Origin: an uncultured archaeon | GTDB taxonomy: Archaea > Asgardarchaeota > Thorarchaeia > Thorarchaeales > Thorarchaeaceae | NCBI GenBank assembly: GCA_964558645.1 | Contig: CAZLEV010000003.1 | Coordinates: 1-64,000 of the forward strand | Direction: 5' to 3' | DNA: 64,000 nucleotides | Shown: positions 28,637 to 38,855 of the stretch, one piece after another | Layout of the letters: every line of letters begins with the position of its first letter | Position numbering within the stretch: the first letter of the stretch is position 1 | The notes under the pieces: generated by a model | The model's input: only the letters and a program-made list of their open reading frames with translations | Database searches by the model: none | What the model was told of the DNA's origin: nothing | Program-made: the position numbers and the translations under genes

Positions 28637-29047
28637 CTAGATTTCTATCTTAGGTCTTAGGTTCTCGTGGAAGAACTCGATGCCATTGAGATGAGACTCA
28701 TAGGTAGCTCCGAATGCGTCGTAGGAGATTCCTGTGACCGGAATAGCGTTACGAATGGTGATGTAGCCCTTCTTGTCCAAGCCGAAGTTCACACCGACCA
28801 GCTTCGCGTTGGTTTTCAAAAGCAGTTCGAACACGGACCCTTGGTTTTTCTCAGGCACTTCGGACACACAAAAGAGCCTGGTTGTGAGTGTGATCCATTT
28901 CGTACCCGGAAAGACCTCTATCTCCTCGGTCTTTGTTGGACCATGTGGGAATAGGCTGAAGGTCTTTCGCCCTCGCTCTTCGAAGTTGATGTCCAGCCTC
29001 TTCAGATATTCCTTGGCTATGAACCAAGTCGTGCTCATTTTGTTCAC
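28637..29047 (-). CDS. YbjN/CesT-like domain protein (second copy)
   Basis: 'KWITL', 'VFELLLKTNAKLVGVNFGLDKKGYI'. Similar layout to 7437..7889. Confidence 0.6.
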   Translation of the reverse strand: MNKMSTTWFIAKEYLKRLDINFEERGRKTFSLFPHGPTKTEEIEVFPGTKWITLTTRLFCVSEVPEKNQGSVFELLLKTNAKLVGVNFGLDKKGYITIRNAIPVTGISYDAFGATYESHLNGIEFFHENLRPKIEI

Positions 29048-29282
29048 TCAACTTGAGTTTTCTGGTCAACTAGGCCAGCGGCTCTCAAACTGCCTCATAT
29101 TATATGCACAAATTCTAGTAAAAGTCTTCGCTTTTCTATTGCTGTTTAGATCATTGTGTTGTTGGCTATCACGCATTCTCTGTCCTGCGTAGTCGATGCT
29201 CAGCAGAGTTGGAGATATGGACTCAGCTCTGAAGACGGCCCTTGCTCAGGGAATGCCCGTTATCGTGGTGCTGTGCTGCTGA

Positions 29283-31040
29283 CTATGCTATACCTCTCTT
29301 TTCCAGCTCCTGCTTCCGCAGTTCTCGGCGGAGTACCTTACCCACTTGACTTAATGGAAGCTCATCGACGATATCGACCTCTTTCGGCCGCTTGTATCCT
29401 GCCATTTTGTTGCGGGCCCATTCGATGAACTCTTCCGGAGTAGCCTCAACTCCCTCTTTCAGGACAACGAAGGCCTTCACGAACTCGTTCGTGGGATCGT
29501 CTTCACGGGGCACACCGATGGCAGCAGCCATTGCAACCTTGGGGTGCTCATAGAGATAGTCCTCAATCTCTCGCGGGTATGCCTTGAGTCCTCCGACGTT
29601 GACCATGTCTTTCTTCCTGTCACTCACTACGAAGAAGCCCTCTTCGTCCATGTGACCGATGTCGCCGGTCAAGAAGAACTTCTTTCCCTCTATCTTGTGC
29701 ATGACGTTAGCGGTTTCATCAGGTTTTTGCCAATATCCGCCGGCCATGACCTGAGGGCCATGTATGGCAATCTCTCCCGTTTCACCAACAGGTAGTTCCC
29801 GTGTACCGGTTTCTAAATCAACTATCTTGGCAATTGTGTCTGCAACCGGCAGTCCGATAGAACCAAACTTGCGGTCTCTCCTGTTGGTAGGATTGACATG
29901 GGTGACCGGTGCGGTCTCGCTGAGTCCGTAACCCTCGAAGATGATGGCTCCAGTCACCTCTTCAAAGTTCTTGGCCAGTTCCGGTGGCAAGGGAGCAGCT
30001 CCTGAACTGCATACCTTGATCGAACTCAGGTCATATTTCGTGACGTGAGGGTGGTTTACGATACCTGCATAAAGGGCGGGCACACAGTTCAGTATAGAAC
30101 CACGGTATTTATCGATATCCTCAAGCATCGCTGACAACGGTGGGTCTCCTGCCCGCGGGTCTGGGATGCATATCAGTTGACCTGCATACTGCGTGGCCAT
30201 CAGCATTGTAAGCGTCAGACCGTAGCTATGGTACCATGGTAATGCTCCTACGAAGGATTCTTCTCCATAGACTATCTTTCTCGGAGCATCAATGTCTTCA
30301 GGGGAGAGGTTGACAAACTCGTAGACCTGATGTACATTTGAGACCATGTTCATGTGACTCAGAGATGCCCCCTTGGGCGTGCCCGTTGTCCCTCCAGTGT
30401 ACAGAATGAGGGCTATACTCTCCGGGTCGGCCTCCACATCAGGCGCTGTTGGGTCATATTCCTCCATTATGTCATCATACATGACAGTCTTGTCTTCTTC
30501 ATAGTAAGGGCTCTTGGGTATCTTGCCTAGTAGTCCTCCTAGTATCGCCTTCACCTTTGGCAAGAAGCTCTTGACACTGCAAACAACCACTGTATCCACA
30601 TCTGTGCCTTTTACGGCCTCATAGCATGTGGGTGTGAACTTCTGATGATCCATCACAAACACTGCCCTCGCACCGCTGTCTTTCAACTGGTAGTTCAACT
30701 CACCTGCTTTATACATGGGATTACACGTCACACAGGTAGCTCCAGTCTTCAGGATACCAAAGAACACCGGTGGATACTGGGGCAGATTAGGTAAGAAGAT
30801 TGCGACTCTATCCCCCGGACCAATTCCTCTCTCAGCCAGGAAGTTTGCAATCTTGTTCGCACTATCTCGCACCTGGCCAAATGACTTGGAAACACCCTCC
30901 CATACTGTGAATGGGTGTTCCTCTCTTGCTTCAGCCGTTCTGTCGAGCATTGCAAAGAGGGGTTCCTTTGGATAGTCAATCGTCTTCGGCGCATCTTTCG
31001 GCCACTTATGCTTGTGCCACAAATAGTCCTCCATATTCAT
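29283..31040 (-). CDS. fadD: Long-chain acyl-CoA synthetase (AMP-forming)
   Basis: 'YTGGTTGTPKG', 'EGYGLSE', 'TGDIG', 'DRKKDM', 'GKVLRR'. Confidence 0.88.
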   Translation of the reverse strand: MNMEDYLWHKHKWPKDAPKTIDYPKEPLFAMLDRTAEAREEHPFTVWEGVSKSFGQVRDSANKIANFLAERGIGPGDRVAIFLPNLPQYPPVFFGILKTGATCVTCNPMYKAGELNYQLKDSGARAVFVMDHQKFTPTCYEAVKGTDVDTVVVCSVKSFLPKVKAILGGLLGKIPKSPYYEEDKTVMYDDIMEEYDPTAPDVEADPESIALILYTGGTTGTPKGASLSHMNMVSNVHQVYEFVNLSPEDIDAPRKIVYGEESFVGALPWYHSYGLTLTMLMATQYAGQLICIPDPRAGDPPLSAMLEDIDKYRGSILNCVPALYAGIVNHPHVTKYDLSSIKVCSSGAAPLPPELAKNFEEVTGAIIFEGYGLSETAPVTHVNPTNRRDRKFGSIGLPVADTIAKIVDLETGTRELPVGETGEIAIHGPQVMAGGYWQKPDETANVMHKIEGKKFFLTGDIGHMDEEGFFVVSDRKKDMVNVGGLKAYPREIEDYLYEHPKVAMAAAIGVPREDDPTNEFVKAFVVLKEGVEATPEEFIEWARNKMAGYKRPKEVDIVDELPLSQVGKVLRRELRKQELEKRGIA

Positions 31041-31075
31041 CTCTCCGTTTTGCTTTCTCTTCTCTTGGTTTCATT

Positions 31076-31099
31076 ATCTAAGCGAATCAGCGCTTAGAT
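31076..31099. promoter_or_regulatory. Perfect 9-bp inverted repeat in a divergent promoter region
   Basis: ATCTAAGCG-aatcag-CGCTTAGAT between fadD and the dehydratase operon. Confidence 0.45.
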
Positions 31100-31222
31100 T
31101 GTTGTTTACGTACAGCTTCTTCCCTCATATGTCCTTCTACATAAGTTACTAAGGGACAACTGTCCATAACTGAGTAAGAAGACGGCGTAAGAGATAAGTC
31201 TGTTACCGCTAAAGAGTTTCCA

Positions 31223-32461
31223 GTGTCTTCTCTCAACAGAAGGAAGGTAATCCCACTGACCCGCATAGAACTCGCCGAAAGCTCAGCCCAACTCGTACGC
31301 GATGCTGTAGAGCATGGCAATCCCCTCGTTGGTTACGTGTACCCTCATGTCCCGTTTGAGCTATTTCTGGCACATAGTGTGACACCATCGCTGATTCGGG
31401 CGGATCCGTCACAGAGGGGGGATTTCGAGGACAGTCTGCAGACCTTTGCATGCTCTCTGACAAGGAACCTTTTTTCTCAGAGAATGAGCGGTACAATGCC
31501 GCTATATGATGGGTTTCTCTTCCCAGGGAACACCTGTGACTCCCTTCAGAATCTGGCGGATGTCTGGCGGCACCGCTTTCCGGATGACCGTGTATACAGG
31601 TTGACCTATCCCGCAACGAAACCCGATGACGCAGCTGTCCGCTACTTCGCAGAGGAGTTGAGGAACCTGAGCTATTGGCTTGAGACTTCTTTCGGCACAT
31701 CATTCACTCAGGACCGATTCGAGGCTGCATGTGCTTTTGTTTCAACCTTCAGAGATGTTCTTACCTATCTTTATTCTGCCAGAGCGTGTAATCCCGGCCT
31801 GGTAAGCTACTCGGCCCTTGTTGGTCTGCTTGGTGATTTCTTGGCTGACCCTTCTGAAGGTACTCTGAAAGGAGCACAAGATGCACTCGATTCGGTAAAG
31901 GCGGCTACCTCTAGTATGGAATGCAGCGGGACGGTTGAATCAATCCGGCGAGGCCTGCTACAGGGAAGTCTGGATGGCATCAATCTCGAGAGAAACAGTT
32001 CAAGCAAGAGAATTGTGGTGGCGGGTGGCATGGTGGATCCACGGGTTCTCTCGGATGTGGTTGAGAGGCGGAACAAGTCTGAACGGGTAGACATCGTTCT
32101 CGACTTGTTGTCATTTGGTTTCAGGACCGTATTCACTCATGCCCCGTCCCTAGATGGGGACCCATTCGAGTCGATGGCCAGATCTGTGCTGAGTGCACCA
32201 CTTGAGCCAACTCAAGAGGGTCTCTCTGCGAGAAAGCTGTTCCTGCAGAGTGTTCTAGCAAGCCTCTCTGTAGACGGACTCATGGTATGTGAGCAGTCTT
32301 TCTGTGACCCCGACGAGTTCGAAGGACCATCGCTGGAGAGGGTTGCGAGAGAGATGGGCATCCCTGTTGTCCGTGTTCCGTTAGACCCTGAACTCTCTGA
32401 TAGTGCACGAATTGAGACAAGAATACAGACTTTCTTGGAGAACATCAACCTGGAGGTATAG
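31223..32461 (+). CDS. 2-hydroxyacyl-CoA dehydratase/benzoyl-CoA reductase family subunit (HgdB/BcrC/BzdN-like)
   Basis: 'LQTFACSL', 'NTCDSLQN', 'SFCDP', 'TRIQTFLE'. Confidence 0.8.
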   Translation: MSSLNRRKVIPLTRIELAESSAQLVRDAVEHGNPLVGYVYPHVPFELFLAHSVTPSLIRADPSQRGDFEDSLQTFACSLTRNLFSQRMSGTMPLYDGFLFPGNTCDSLQNLADVWRHRFPDDRVYRLTYPATKPDDAAVRYFAEELRNLSYWLETSFGTSFTQDRFEAACAFVSTFRDVLTYLYSARACNPGLVSYSALVGLLGDFLADPSEGTLKGAQDALDSVKAATSSMECSGTVESIRRGLLQGSLDGINLERNSSSKRIVVAGGMVDPRVLSDVVERRNKSERVDIVLDLLSFGFRTVFTHAPSLDGDPFESMARSVLSAPLEPTQEGLSARKLFLQSVLASLSVDGLMVCEQSFCDPDEFEGPSLERVAREMGIPVVRVPLDPELSDSARIETRIQTFLENINLEV

Positions 32462-32464
32462 ATT

Positions 32465-33676
32465 GTGACAGAGTATGCAGAGAAGGATTACAGACCTCTG
32501 GAGAGTCAGAGTCTCCTGCAACAGGTGATGTTCAGGTACATGCTTGAGGGACACGCAGCCAGTGAGGAAGGCAGACTTGCATGGGTGACCTCAGGTTTTC
32601 CGGTAGAAATACCGCAGGCAATGGGCGTTACTTCAAGCTATCCGGAGCAATATGGTGCAGTTGTTGGTTCACAGAAGGTAGGTCCCATGATATGTGGCTT
32701 TGCGGAGGAGCTCGGATACTCTCAAGAGCTCTGTTCATACGCACGTTCCGGTATCGGCTCTACTCTTCGTCCTGGCGATAGCCCTCTGGACGGGCTTCCC
32801 ACTCCGCAGGCGTTGCTTGCCTGCAACAACATCTGTGGAACTGTACTGCGTTGGTATGATGCAGTGTCTGAAATTACAGGCGCACCCGTGTTCCTGTTGG
32901 ATTCACCACCTCTTGATGACGGGCAAAGCTCCTATCACCTGGAATACGTCAAGAGCGGCATCCAAAAGCTCGTGGGTTTCTTGGAGAAAAGGTTCAAGAC
33001 CGAATTAGAGGTCGACCGTCTACGTCGTGTCGCACATTTCTCCACTCGGGCAATCAGACTCTGGACGAAGTCCCTGGAGGCCTGTAAGAACACCCCCAGT
33101 CCACTGAACTGCGCAGATCGGTTTCTCACGATGGCACCTGTGGTTTCCATGAGAGGGACTGAACACATAGTTGAGTTCTACGAGGCTCTCCTCAACGAAG
33201 TCAGAGATAGAGTGAAACAGAATCTTGGAGCCATAAGAGAGGAGAAGATACGACTCCTCTGGGACAATATACCTCCGTGGTTCAACATATTCAAGTTCTT
33301 CAACGGCTTAGCGAAGAGGGGTGTGGTGTTTCCAGCTGACACATATACTCACGCGTGGTCTGGCTCAATATCAGGAGATGACCTGTTCGAGAGTGTAGCG
33401 AGAATCTACAGCAATGTGTATCTGAACAAAGGGCTCGATGCGAAAGTGGATAAGATGTGTGAGCTCATCAGAAACTACGATCTGGACGGTTTTGCATTAT
33501 TCTCGGTGAGGTCGTGTAAACGATACTCACTAGGGCAACTCGTTTCCAAGGAACTTGTGACTGAGCGGACCGGAGTACCGGGTGTGGTCATCGAGGGTGA
33601 CATGGTCGACAGCCGCCTGTTCAACGAAGCACAGGTTCAGACAAGGATTGACGCGCTGCTTGAGATGTTGATGTGA
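32465..33676 (+). CDS. 2-hydroxyacyl-CoA dehydratase/benzoyl-CoA reductase family subunit (HgdA/BcrB/BzdO-like)
   Basis: 'AWVTSGFPVE', 'LCSYAR', 'CNNIC', 'RSCK', 'IEGDMVDSR..QTRIDA'. Confidence 0.85.
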   Translation: MTEYAEKDYRPLESQSLLQQVMFRYMLEGHAASEEGRLAWVTSGFPVEIPQAMGVTSSYPEQYGAVVGSQKVGPMICGFAEELGYSQELCSYARSGIGSTLRPGDSPLDGLPTPQALLACNNICGTVLRWYDAVSEITGAPVFLLDSPPLDDGQSSYHLEYVKSGIQKLVGFLEKRFKTELEVDRLRRVAHFSTRAIRLWTKSLEACKNTPSPLNCADRFLTMAPVVSMRGTEHIVEFYEALLNEVRDRVKQNLGAIREEKIRLLWDNIPPWFNIFKFFNGLAKRGVVFPADTYTHAWSGSISGDDLFESVARIYSNVYLNKGLDAKVDKMCELIRNYDLDGFALFSVRSCKRYSLGQLVSKELVTERTGVPGVVIEGDMVDSRLFNEAQVQTRIDALLEMLM

Positions 33677-33688
33677 GGAGCTGAGAGC

Positions 33689-34477
33689 ATGACTGGAGAG
33701 CCTGAGTACGGAGTCGGACTAGACATAGGCTCAACCAGTACGAAGGCTGTGTTGATTGACAAAAACTGTCGTGTGCTAGGAAGCCATCTGTTGCCCACTG
33801 GGGCTTCTGCAGTCGTGGCTGCGGAGAGATGTCTTGATGCAGTAGCGCATCAGATGGGCGTCGATTGGAGTAGGACTGTGACAGTAAGCACGGGCTATGG
33901 GCGGTCTCTCATCGAATCGGTTGACAGAAACATCACCGAGATAACCTGTCACAGTGTTGGAGTAAATCATCTTAACCCAGACATCCGACTTCTCATCGAC
34001 GTTGGTGGACAAGACTCGAAGGTGATCCGGATCGGTGCAAATGGTCGCCCCGAGAACTTCGAGCTGAATGACAAGTGCAGTGCTGGGACTGGTAGATTTC
34101 TCGAAGTCATGGCTGGAGTTCTGGAGATATCCCTGAGCGAATTCGGGCAGTTGGCTCTCAAGTCGGAGAATCCTTGTGATATAAGCAACACATGTACTGT
34201 CTTTGCTGAGAGTGAAGTTGTGGGTCATATCGGAGCTGGCAAGAGAGTCGAAGACATAGCCGCCGGCATTCATGCATCGATGGCTTCAAAGATTGCCTCA
34301 TTGTCGAGGCGAGTCCGAAGCACGGGGCCATTCGGTCTGACCGGTGGCGTTGCATTGAATCCCGCTTTCGTCCATTACCTTTCAACTGAACTCGATGCTT
34401 CGATATGGGTCCCGGAGGAGCCCCAACTGACCGGAGCCCTCGGTGCAGCGATATTGGGGCTTCATGACAGGAAGTGA
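33689..34477 (+). CDS. ATP-dependent [4Fe-4S] activase (HgdC/BadFG family, single domain)
   Basis: 'GLDIGSTSTK', 'TGYGR', 'DVGGQDSK', 'NDKCSAGTGRFLE', 'CTVFAESE'. Confidence 0.92.
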   Translation: MTGEPEYGVGLDIGSTSTKAVLIDKNCRVLGSHLLPTGASAVVAAERCLDAVAHQMGVDWSRTVTVSTGYGRSLIESVDRNITEITCHSVGVNHLNPDIRLLIDVGGQDSKVIRIGANGRPENFELNDKCSAGTGRFLEVMAGVLEISLSEFGQLALKSENPCDISNTCTVFAESEVVGHIGAGKRVEDIAAGIHASMASKIASLSRRVRSTGPFGLTGGVALNPAFVHYLSTELDASIWVPEEPQLTGALGAAILGLHDRK

Positions 34478-34625
34478 GACGCTCCAGCCCATTGAAGCAC
34501 AAGCTATTCTTCCACCTTTTACTGGCTGTTTTCAGCCACCATTCATGTCTTTCGTGCATATGACCTCCTGCGTCCATCGAATGACTTTTTGGATGATGTG
34601 TGAGCGGTGGAGTAGGTTTTGTCTG

Positions 34626-35399
34626 ATGACCGGCAATAGGGTGGAGATAAGCACAGAGGATCTCAGGAAAAGCTTTGGTGACATTCAAGCTGTCAGACCT
34701 TTGAATCTCGACGTGGAACGTGGAACAACATTCGGCTATCTGGGACCTAATGGTGCAGGGAAGACAACGACCGTACGAATGCTCTCTGGTCTACTTCGTC
34801 CCACTGGTGGAAGTGCAACGGTGTGTGGTCTTGACATATCTAACCAGAGAGACCAGATTAAGGCAATCACTGGTCTTCTCCCCGAGGCACCAGGCCTGTA
34901 CTCAAAGCTTTCTGCCTATGAGTTCCTGGAGTTCATTGGAGCCCTGTATGATTTGAGCGGCGAAGCACTCGCACGCACAATCAATAGGCTACTCAATCTT
35001 CTGGATCTAACTGAGCGTCAGAACGACCTGTTGGAGAGCTACAGCTCTGGAATGAAGCAGAAGGTACTGATTGCCTCGACGCTGATCCATGAACCACGGC
35101 TTGTCTTTCTTGATGAGCCTACCGCCCGACTTGATCCGGCCGCGAGTGCTCTTGTGAAGGAGATCATCATTGCTCTCGCTGAGGAAACGGACACGACCTT
35201 CTTCATCTGTACACATCTCACTGATTTCGCTGAGGATGTATGTGACGTCATCGGGATACTGGTTGAAGGTGAGCTCGTGGAACATGGACCCCCACAGGAG
35301 ATTATCAGTCGTACGGATTCTGAAGACCTTGAAGATGCATATCTCAAGATAGTCGGAGGAAAAATCGACCGAGAGGAACTGCTCAGCTGGAGGGAATAG
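34626..35399 (+). CDS. ABC transporter ATP-binding protein
   Basis: 'GPNGAGKTT', 'YSSGMKQK', 'LDEPT'. Likely start ATG 34626; the ORF track extends to 34443. Confidence 0.92.
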   Translation: MTGNRVEISTEDLRKSFGDIQAVRPLNLDVERGTTFGYLGPNGAGKTTTVRMLSGLLRPTGGSATVCGLDISNQRDQIKAITGLLPEAPGLYSKLSAYEFLEFIGALYDLSGEALARTINRLLNLLDLTERQNDLLESYSSGMKQKVLIASTLIHEPRLVFLDEPTARLDPAASALVKEIIIALAEETDTTFFICTHLTDFAEDVCDVIGILVEGELVEHGPPQEIISRTDSEDLEDAYLKIVGGKIDREELLSWRE

Positions 35400-35402
35400 C
35401 TC

Positions 35403-37046
35403 TTGGCACGTGGTTGGTGGGCAATCGCAAAAGCCGAGTTTCGTGTTTCCACATCCAACTTCAGAAAGAATCGGGCAGCTGCTTTTGCAGGAATCTATGC
35501 CTTTGCTATCGTTTGGGCATTGTTTCTTGCACCTGAAGTGCTCTCTGCTTTCTTCTGGATGCTTGAGGTTGACCCAAACCCGCTGATTCAGGGAGGGCTG
35601 CCGGGAATCATGCGCACACTCCTGCTCATCCTCTGGTTGATGATTCTACTCTATCCTCTCTCATATTCACTTCAGGAGATCAAGATCGGTCAATGGGAGA
35701 TCATGCTCAGCAGCAATATCCGAACACGTGACATGCTTCTCGGAATGTTTGTTGGGAAGATTCCAGTATACTTTCTCATTGCCCTCTTCATGGCTCCGCT
35801 CTTCTTCTCAGTGGTTGTGAGTGCCTTCTCCATGACACTAGTGGGACAAATCCTCATGTATGGTGTAGTCTTTCTCTTCGTGCTTGCAACCATCTGGGTC
35901 TCGAATCTTCTCTCAGTAGGCATCCAGGCAAAGCTCGGTGATTCGTCCAGGGGCAATGATTTGGCCAAGGCTCTCAGCATTGTGGTAGCACTAGTCTTTT
36001 TGGTTCCGGTTTACGGACTGATGTACTTTGCAGGGCCCCTCACCGAGATCATGGGGTGGGACATTTTTCTCATTCTTCCATCAACGTGGTGCGCCGACCT
36101 TTTGAGTTGGATTGCTGTGTCTACTGCAAGTCTAGCTCTTCCTCCTGCCCTCATCGCCCTCTACAACACTGTCCTTGTCCTGCCACCGATTCTCTATGCT
36201 CTCTTGCTTTCTCTCCTCGCATGCGTGACAGTCATCGGTGGGTTTGCCGCCTCTGAGAAGATGTTTTCTCTGGAAAGCACGAGAGGTGCCGAAAAGGTGA
36301 TCACGGTCAAGGGAGAGAATGCCATACTCAGAGGGCTCAGACGTCTTATGCCCGGTCCATCTGGAACTCTTACCGTTACCTCCGTCAAGGAGTTCAATCG
36401 AAAGGCTCAGAATATCTCTCGAGTTGCATATGGAGCCATTCTAGCCATCATCCTCCCTGTAATCCTCAATGCGTCGTCTCTTGGCGAAATTGGTGACCCG
36501 CTATTTGTCCTTGTACTATCAACCTTCATGGTGAGCATGATGCTCGGTCTGATTGCGGGACTCACGTTCGGTGGGGTAGGTTTCTTGGAGTCAAGGGACC
36601 AGCTCTGGATCATTCAGAGCGGACCATCAGGCGCCTGGAAATACATGAAGGCTAGGCTGATACAGTCATTCTTGATTTCCATTCCCTTGGCTCTGTTTCC
36701 CACCGCAGTCGTTTCATTTGTTATGGGGCTTACGATCATCGATGGACTGCTGATGAGTCTGCATAGCTACGTACTCATGTGTGGTTGTGTCATGATTGCC
36801 ACAGGGATTACGGCGCTCAATCCTGCCTATGAGGATACCAAGAGCAGTGCTTTCTATGTCAATACATTCGTCAGCATGACCATCATTATGTTTCTGGTGT
36901 TGGGGTCTTTGATATTGGGAATAAGAGTTGGCACAGTATTCGAAAACGTCTATCTGCTCTTGATAACAGCGGCAATGCCAGCTGTCTTGCTCGGAGCTGT
37001 CATTGCAGGCGCAGGTGCGTACAGGCTATCATCTCCCGAATCATGA
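35403..37046 (+). CDS. ABC exporter permease (about 12-14 TM)
   Basis: Highly hydrophobic, two-fold internal organisation ('AKAEFR', 'VKEFNRK'), 3 nt after the ATPase gene. Confidence 0.75.
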   Translation: MARGWWAIAKAEFRVSTSNFRKNRAAAFAGIYAFAIVWALFLAPEVLSAFFWMLEVDPNPLIQGGLPGIMRTLLLILWLMILLYPLSYSLQEIKIGQWEIMLSSNIRTRDMLLGMFVGKIPVYFLIALFMAPLFFSVVVSAFSMTLVGQILMYGVVFLFVLATIWVSNLLSVGIQAKLGDSSRGNDLAKALSIVVALVFLVPVYGLMYFAGPLTEIMGWDIFLILPSTWCADLLSWIAVSTASLALPPALIALYNTVLVLPPILYALLLSLLACVTVIGGFAASEKMFSLESTRGAEKVITVKGENAILRGLRRLMPGPSGTLTVTSVKEFNRKAQNISRVAYGAILAIILPVILNASSLGEIGDPLFVLVLSTFMVSMMLGLIAGLTFGGVGFLESRDQLWIIQSGPSGAWKYMKARLIQSFLISIPLALFPTAVVSFVMGLTIIDGLLMSLHSYVLMCGCVMIATGITALNPAYEDTKSSAFYVNTFVSMTIIMFLVLGSLILGIRVGTVFENVYLLLITAAMPAVLLGAVIAGAGAYRLSSPES

Positions 37047-37091
37047 ATCACTATGAAGAAAGGATTCTGAATACGGGGTGACTGGGAATCT

Positions 37092-38846
37092 TCAGACTCT
37101 TCTTCTGAATCGCTTTTCCAGTTCAGCAGCTGTGATCTTGAAAAGAGTTGGACGTCCATGCGGGCAACTGTATCTGTCCTGGGTACGAGCAAGCTCAACA
37201 AGGAGTGCTCTAATCTCTTCGTTGTTGAGTGGCTGTCCGCTTCGGATTGCGTTGTGACATGCAGTAACCTTTACGAGTTCATCCATGAAATGCTCAGTGG
37301 CGTGGTCACTTCCGATATCTAGGATTTGGTCCATGAGCGCGACCATGTCCTCTTCAGAAACACTTCGTCCAAGTATTTCAGGCACTGCCGATATCAGCAC
37401 TTCATTTCCACCGAAGAAGCTGATATCATATCCGATCTCTGCCAGATCGTCGGCCACCTCCAGTATCCTTTCTACGTCAGTCGTGCTGAGCTGCAAGACG
37501 ATGGGCTCAAGCATTTCCTGAATCCCAATCGAACCCTCATTGGCTTCTCTTCTGAATCGCTCATACATCACTCGCTCGTTTGCTGCGTGTTGGTCAACCA
37601 CAAGAATGCCATCATCGGTCTCAAGCAGGATGTACAGATTCATTACCTGTCCTATGATTCTGAAGCTGCCTCCGAGGGGGCCGAGTTCCATCACTTCGTC
37701 TTGGAGCCCGATTTCGGGATCATCTAGGAGCGTCTGATGTTCTACAAGGGGCTGGTTATTCTTCATCAATCCCCTCACAGAACCTGAAGAGGTTGTGCTG
37801 TGACGGATGGTGCCATTGCCCCTATCTCCGTGGGGCATCCCCAAAGAATGAGGTATCTCATCTTGGTGTAAGACTCTTCGGACCGCGATTCTGAGCGTCT
37901 TCGCGATCTCGTGGAGGTCTGTCACTCGGACTTCCTTCTTGGTTGGATGTACATTAGCGTCAACATCCGTTGCTTCTAATGAGATGTCTAGCACACACAC
38001 AGGGTATCTGCCCCGCATCAAGAGAGTCGCGTAAGCGGCCTCGACAGCTTTACTCAAAGATTCCTCTTCAATCGGGCGCCCCAAAACATAGAAGAACTCT
38101 CTACTTCTGTTTCCTCTGGATATTGGCGGTCTCGCCACGAAGCCCTGTATTCTTACTCTCTTCCCCTCATGATTTACCTGAACAAGATTCTGACCGATTT
38201 CCTGCCCCATGATGTCGGAAATCCTGTCGCACCAGTCTTGATTGGGCGGCACTTCAATTGCGGTCTGTCCATCACGCACAAGGCGGAATCCGACATCATT
38301 TCTGACCGCGGCATGGCGCATGACAACCTCATTGACTTTCATTCCTTCGTGTCCCGGACTGCCAAGGTGTTTCTTTCTGGCGGGAACCCGCGCAAATAGG
38401 TCCTCCACAATGACGGTAGTGCCTCGTGGTCTTGAAGCATCAGTAACGATCGGTTTCTCACCTGCCCTTGCTGTCAGTTTTGCTCCGACGGTCTTGTCAG
38501 AAACACTGGATAGAATCTGTATATCTGCAACGGCTGACATACTGGCCAGCGCCTCTCCTCTGAACCCATAAGTCTTGATCCTATCGATGTCAGACTTGCT
38601 GGATATCTTGCTCGTCGAGTGTCGAAGGATGGATATAGTTAGATCATCTTTCTCTATCCCTTCTCCGTTATCTGAAACAAGAATCTTAGACAGTCCACCT
38701 CTCTCAATCTCGATGTCTATCAGAGAGGCCTCTGCATCGAGTGAGTTCTCTATCAGTTCCTTGACAACTGAAGAGGGGTTCTCGATGACTTCACCTGCAG
38801 AGATGAGAGAAACCAGGTCATCATCCAAAACCCTGATTCTAGTCAA
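37092..38846 (-). CDS. mutL: DNA mismatch repair endonuclease MutL
   Basis: 'AGEVIENP', 'GFRGEAL', 'NVHPTK'; endonuclease motif DQHAANERVMYE; 'CPHGRP'. Confidence 0.97.
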   Translation of the reverse strand: MTRIRVLDDDLVSLISAGEVIENPSSVVKELIENSLDAEASLIDIEIERGGLSKILVSDNGEGIEKDDLTISILRHSTSKISSKSDIDRIKTYGFRGEALASMSAVADIQILSSVSDKTVGAKLTARAGEKPIVTDASRPRGTTVIVEDLFARVPARKKHLGSPGHEGMKVNEVVMRHAAVRNDVGFRLVRDGQTAIEVPPNQDWCDRISDIMGQEIGQNLVQVNHEGKRVRIQGFVARPPISRGNRSREFFYVLGRPIEEESLSKAVEAAYATLLMRGRYPVCVLDISLEATDVDANVHPTKKEVRVTDLHEIAKTLRIAVRRVLHQDEIPHSLGMPHGDRGNGTIRHSTTSSGSVRGLMKNNQPLVEHQTLLDDPEIGLQDEVMELGPLGGSFRIIGQVMNLYILLETDDGILVVDQHAANERVMYERFRREANEGSIGIQEMLEPIVLQLSTTDVERILEVADDLAEIGYDISFFGGNEVLISAVPEILGRSVSEEDMVALMDQILDIGSDHATEHFMDELVKVTACHNAIRSGQPLNNEEIRALLVELARTQDRYSCPHGRPTLFKITAAELEKRFRRRV

Positions 38847-38855
38847 TGGACCACC

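Noticed and set aside
29193-29231. Imperfect hairpin downstream of fadD
   Set aside because: Bulged stem that relies on plus-strand G-U pairing while the flanking genes are on the minus strand; not distinguishable from chance.
34443-34625. N-terminal extension of the ABC ATPase in the ORF track
   Set aside because: It overlaps the activase stop and has a non-protein-like composition; the real start is likely 34626.
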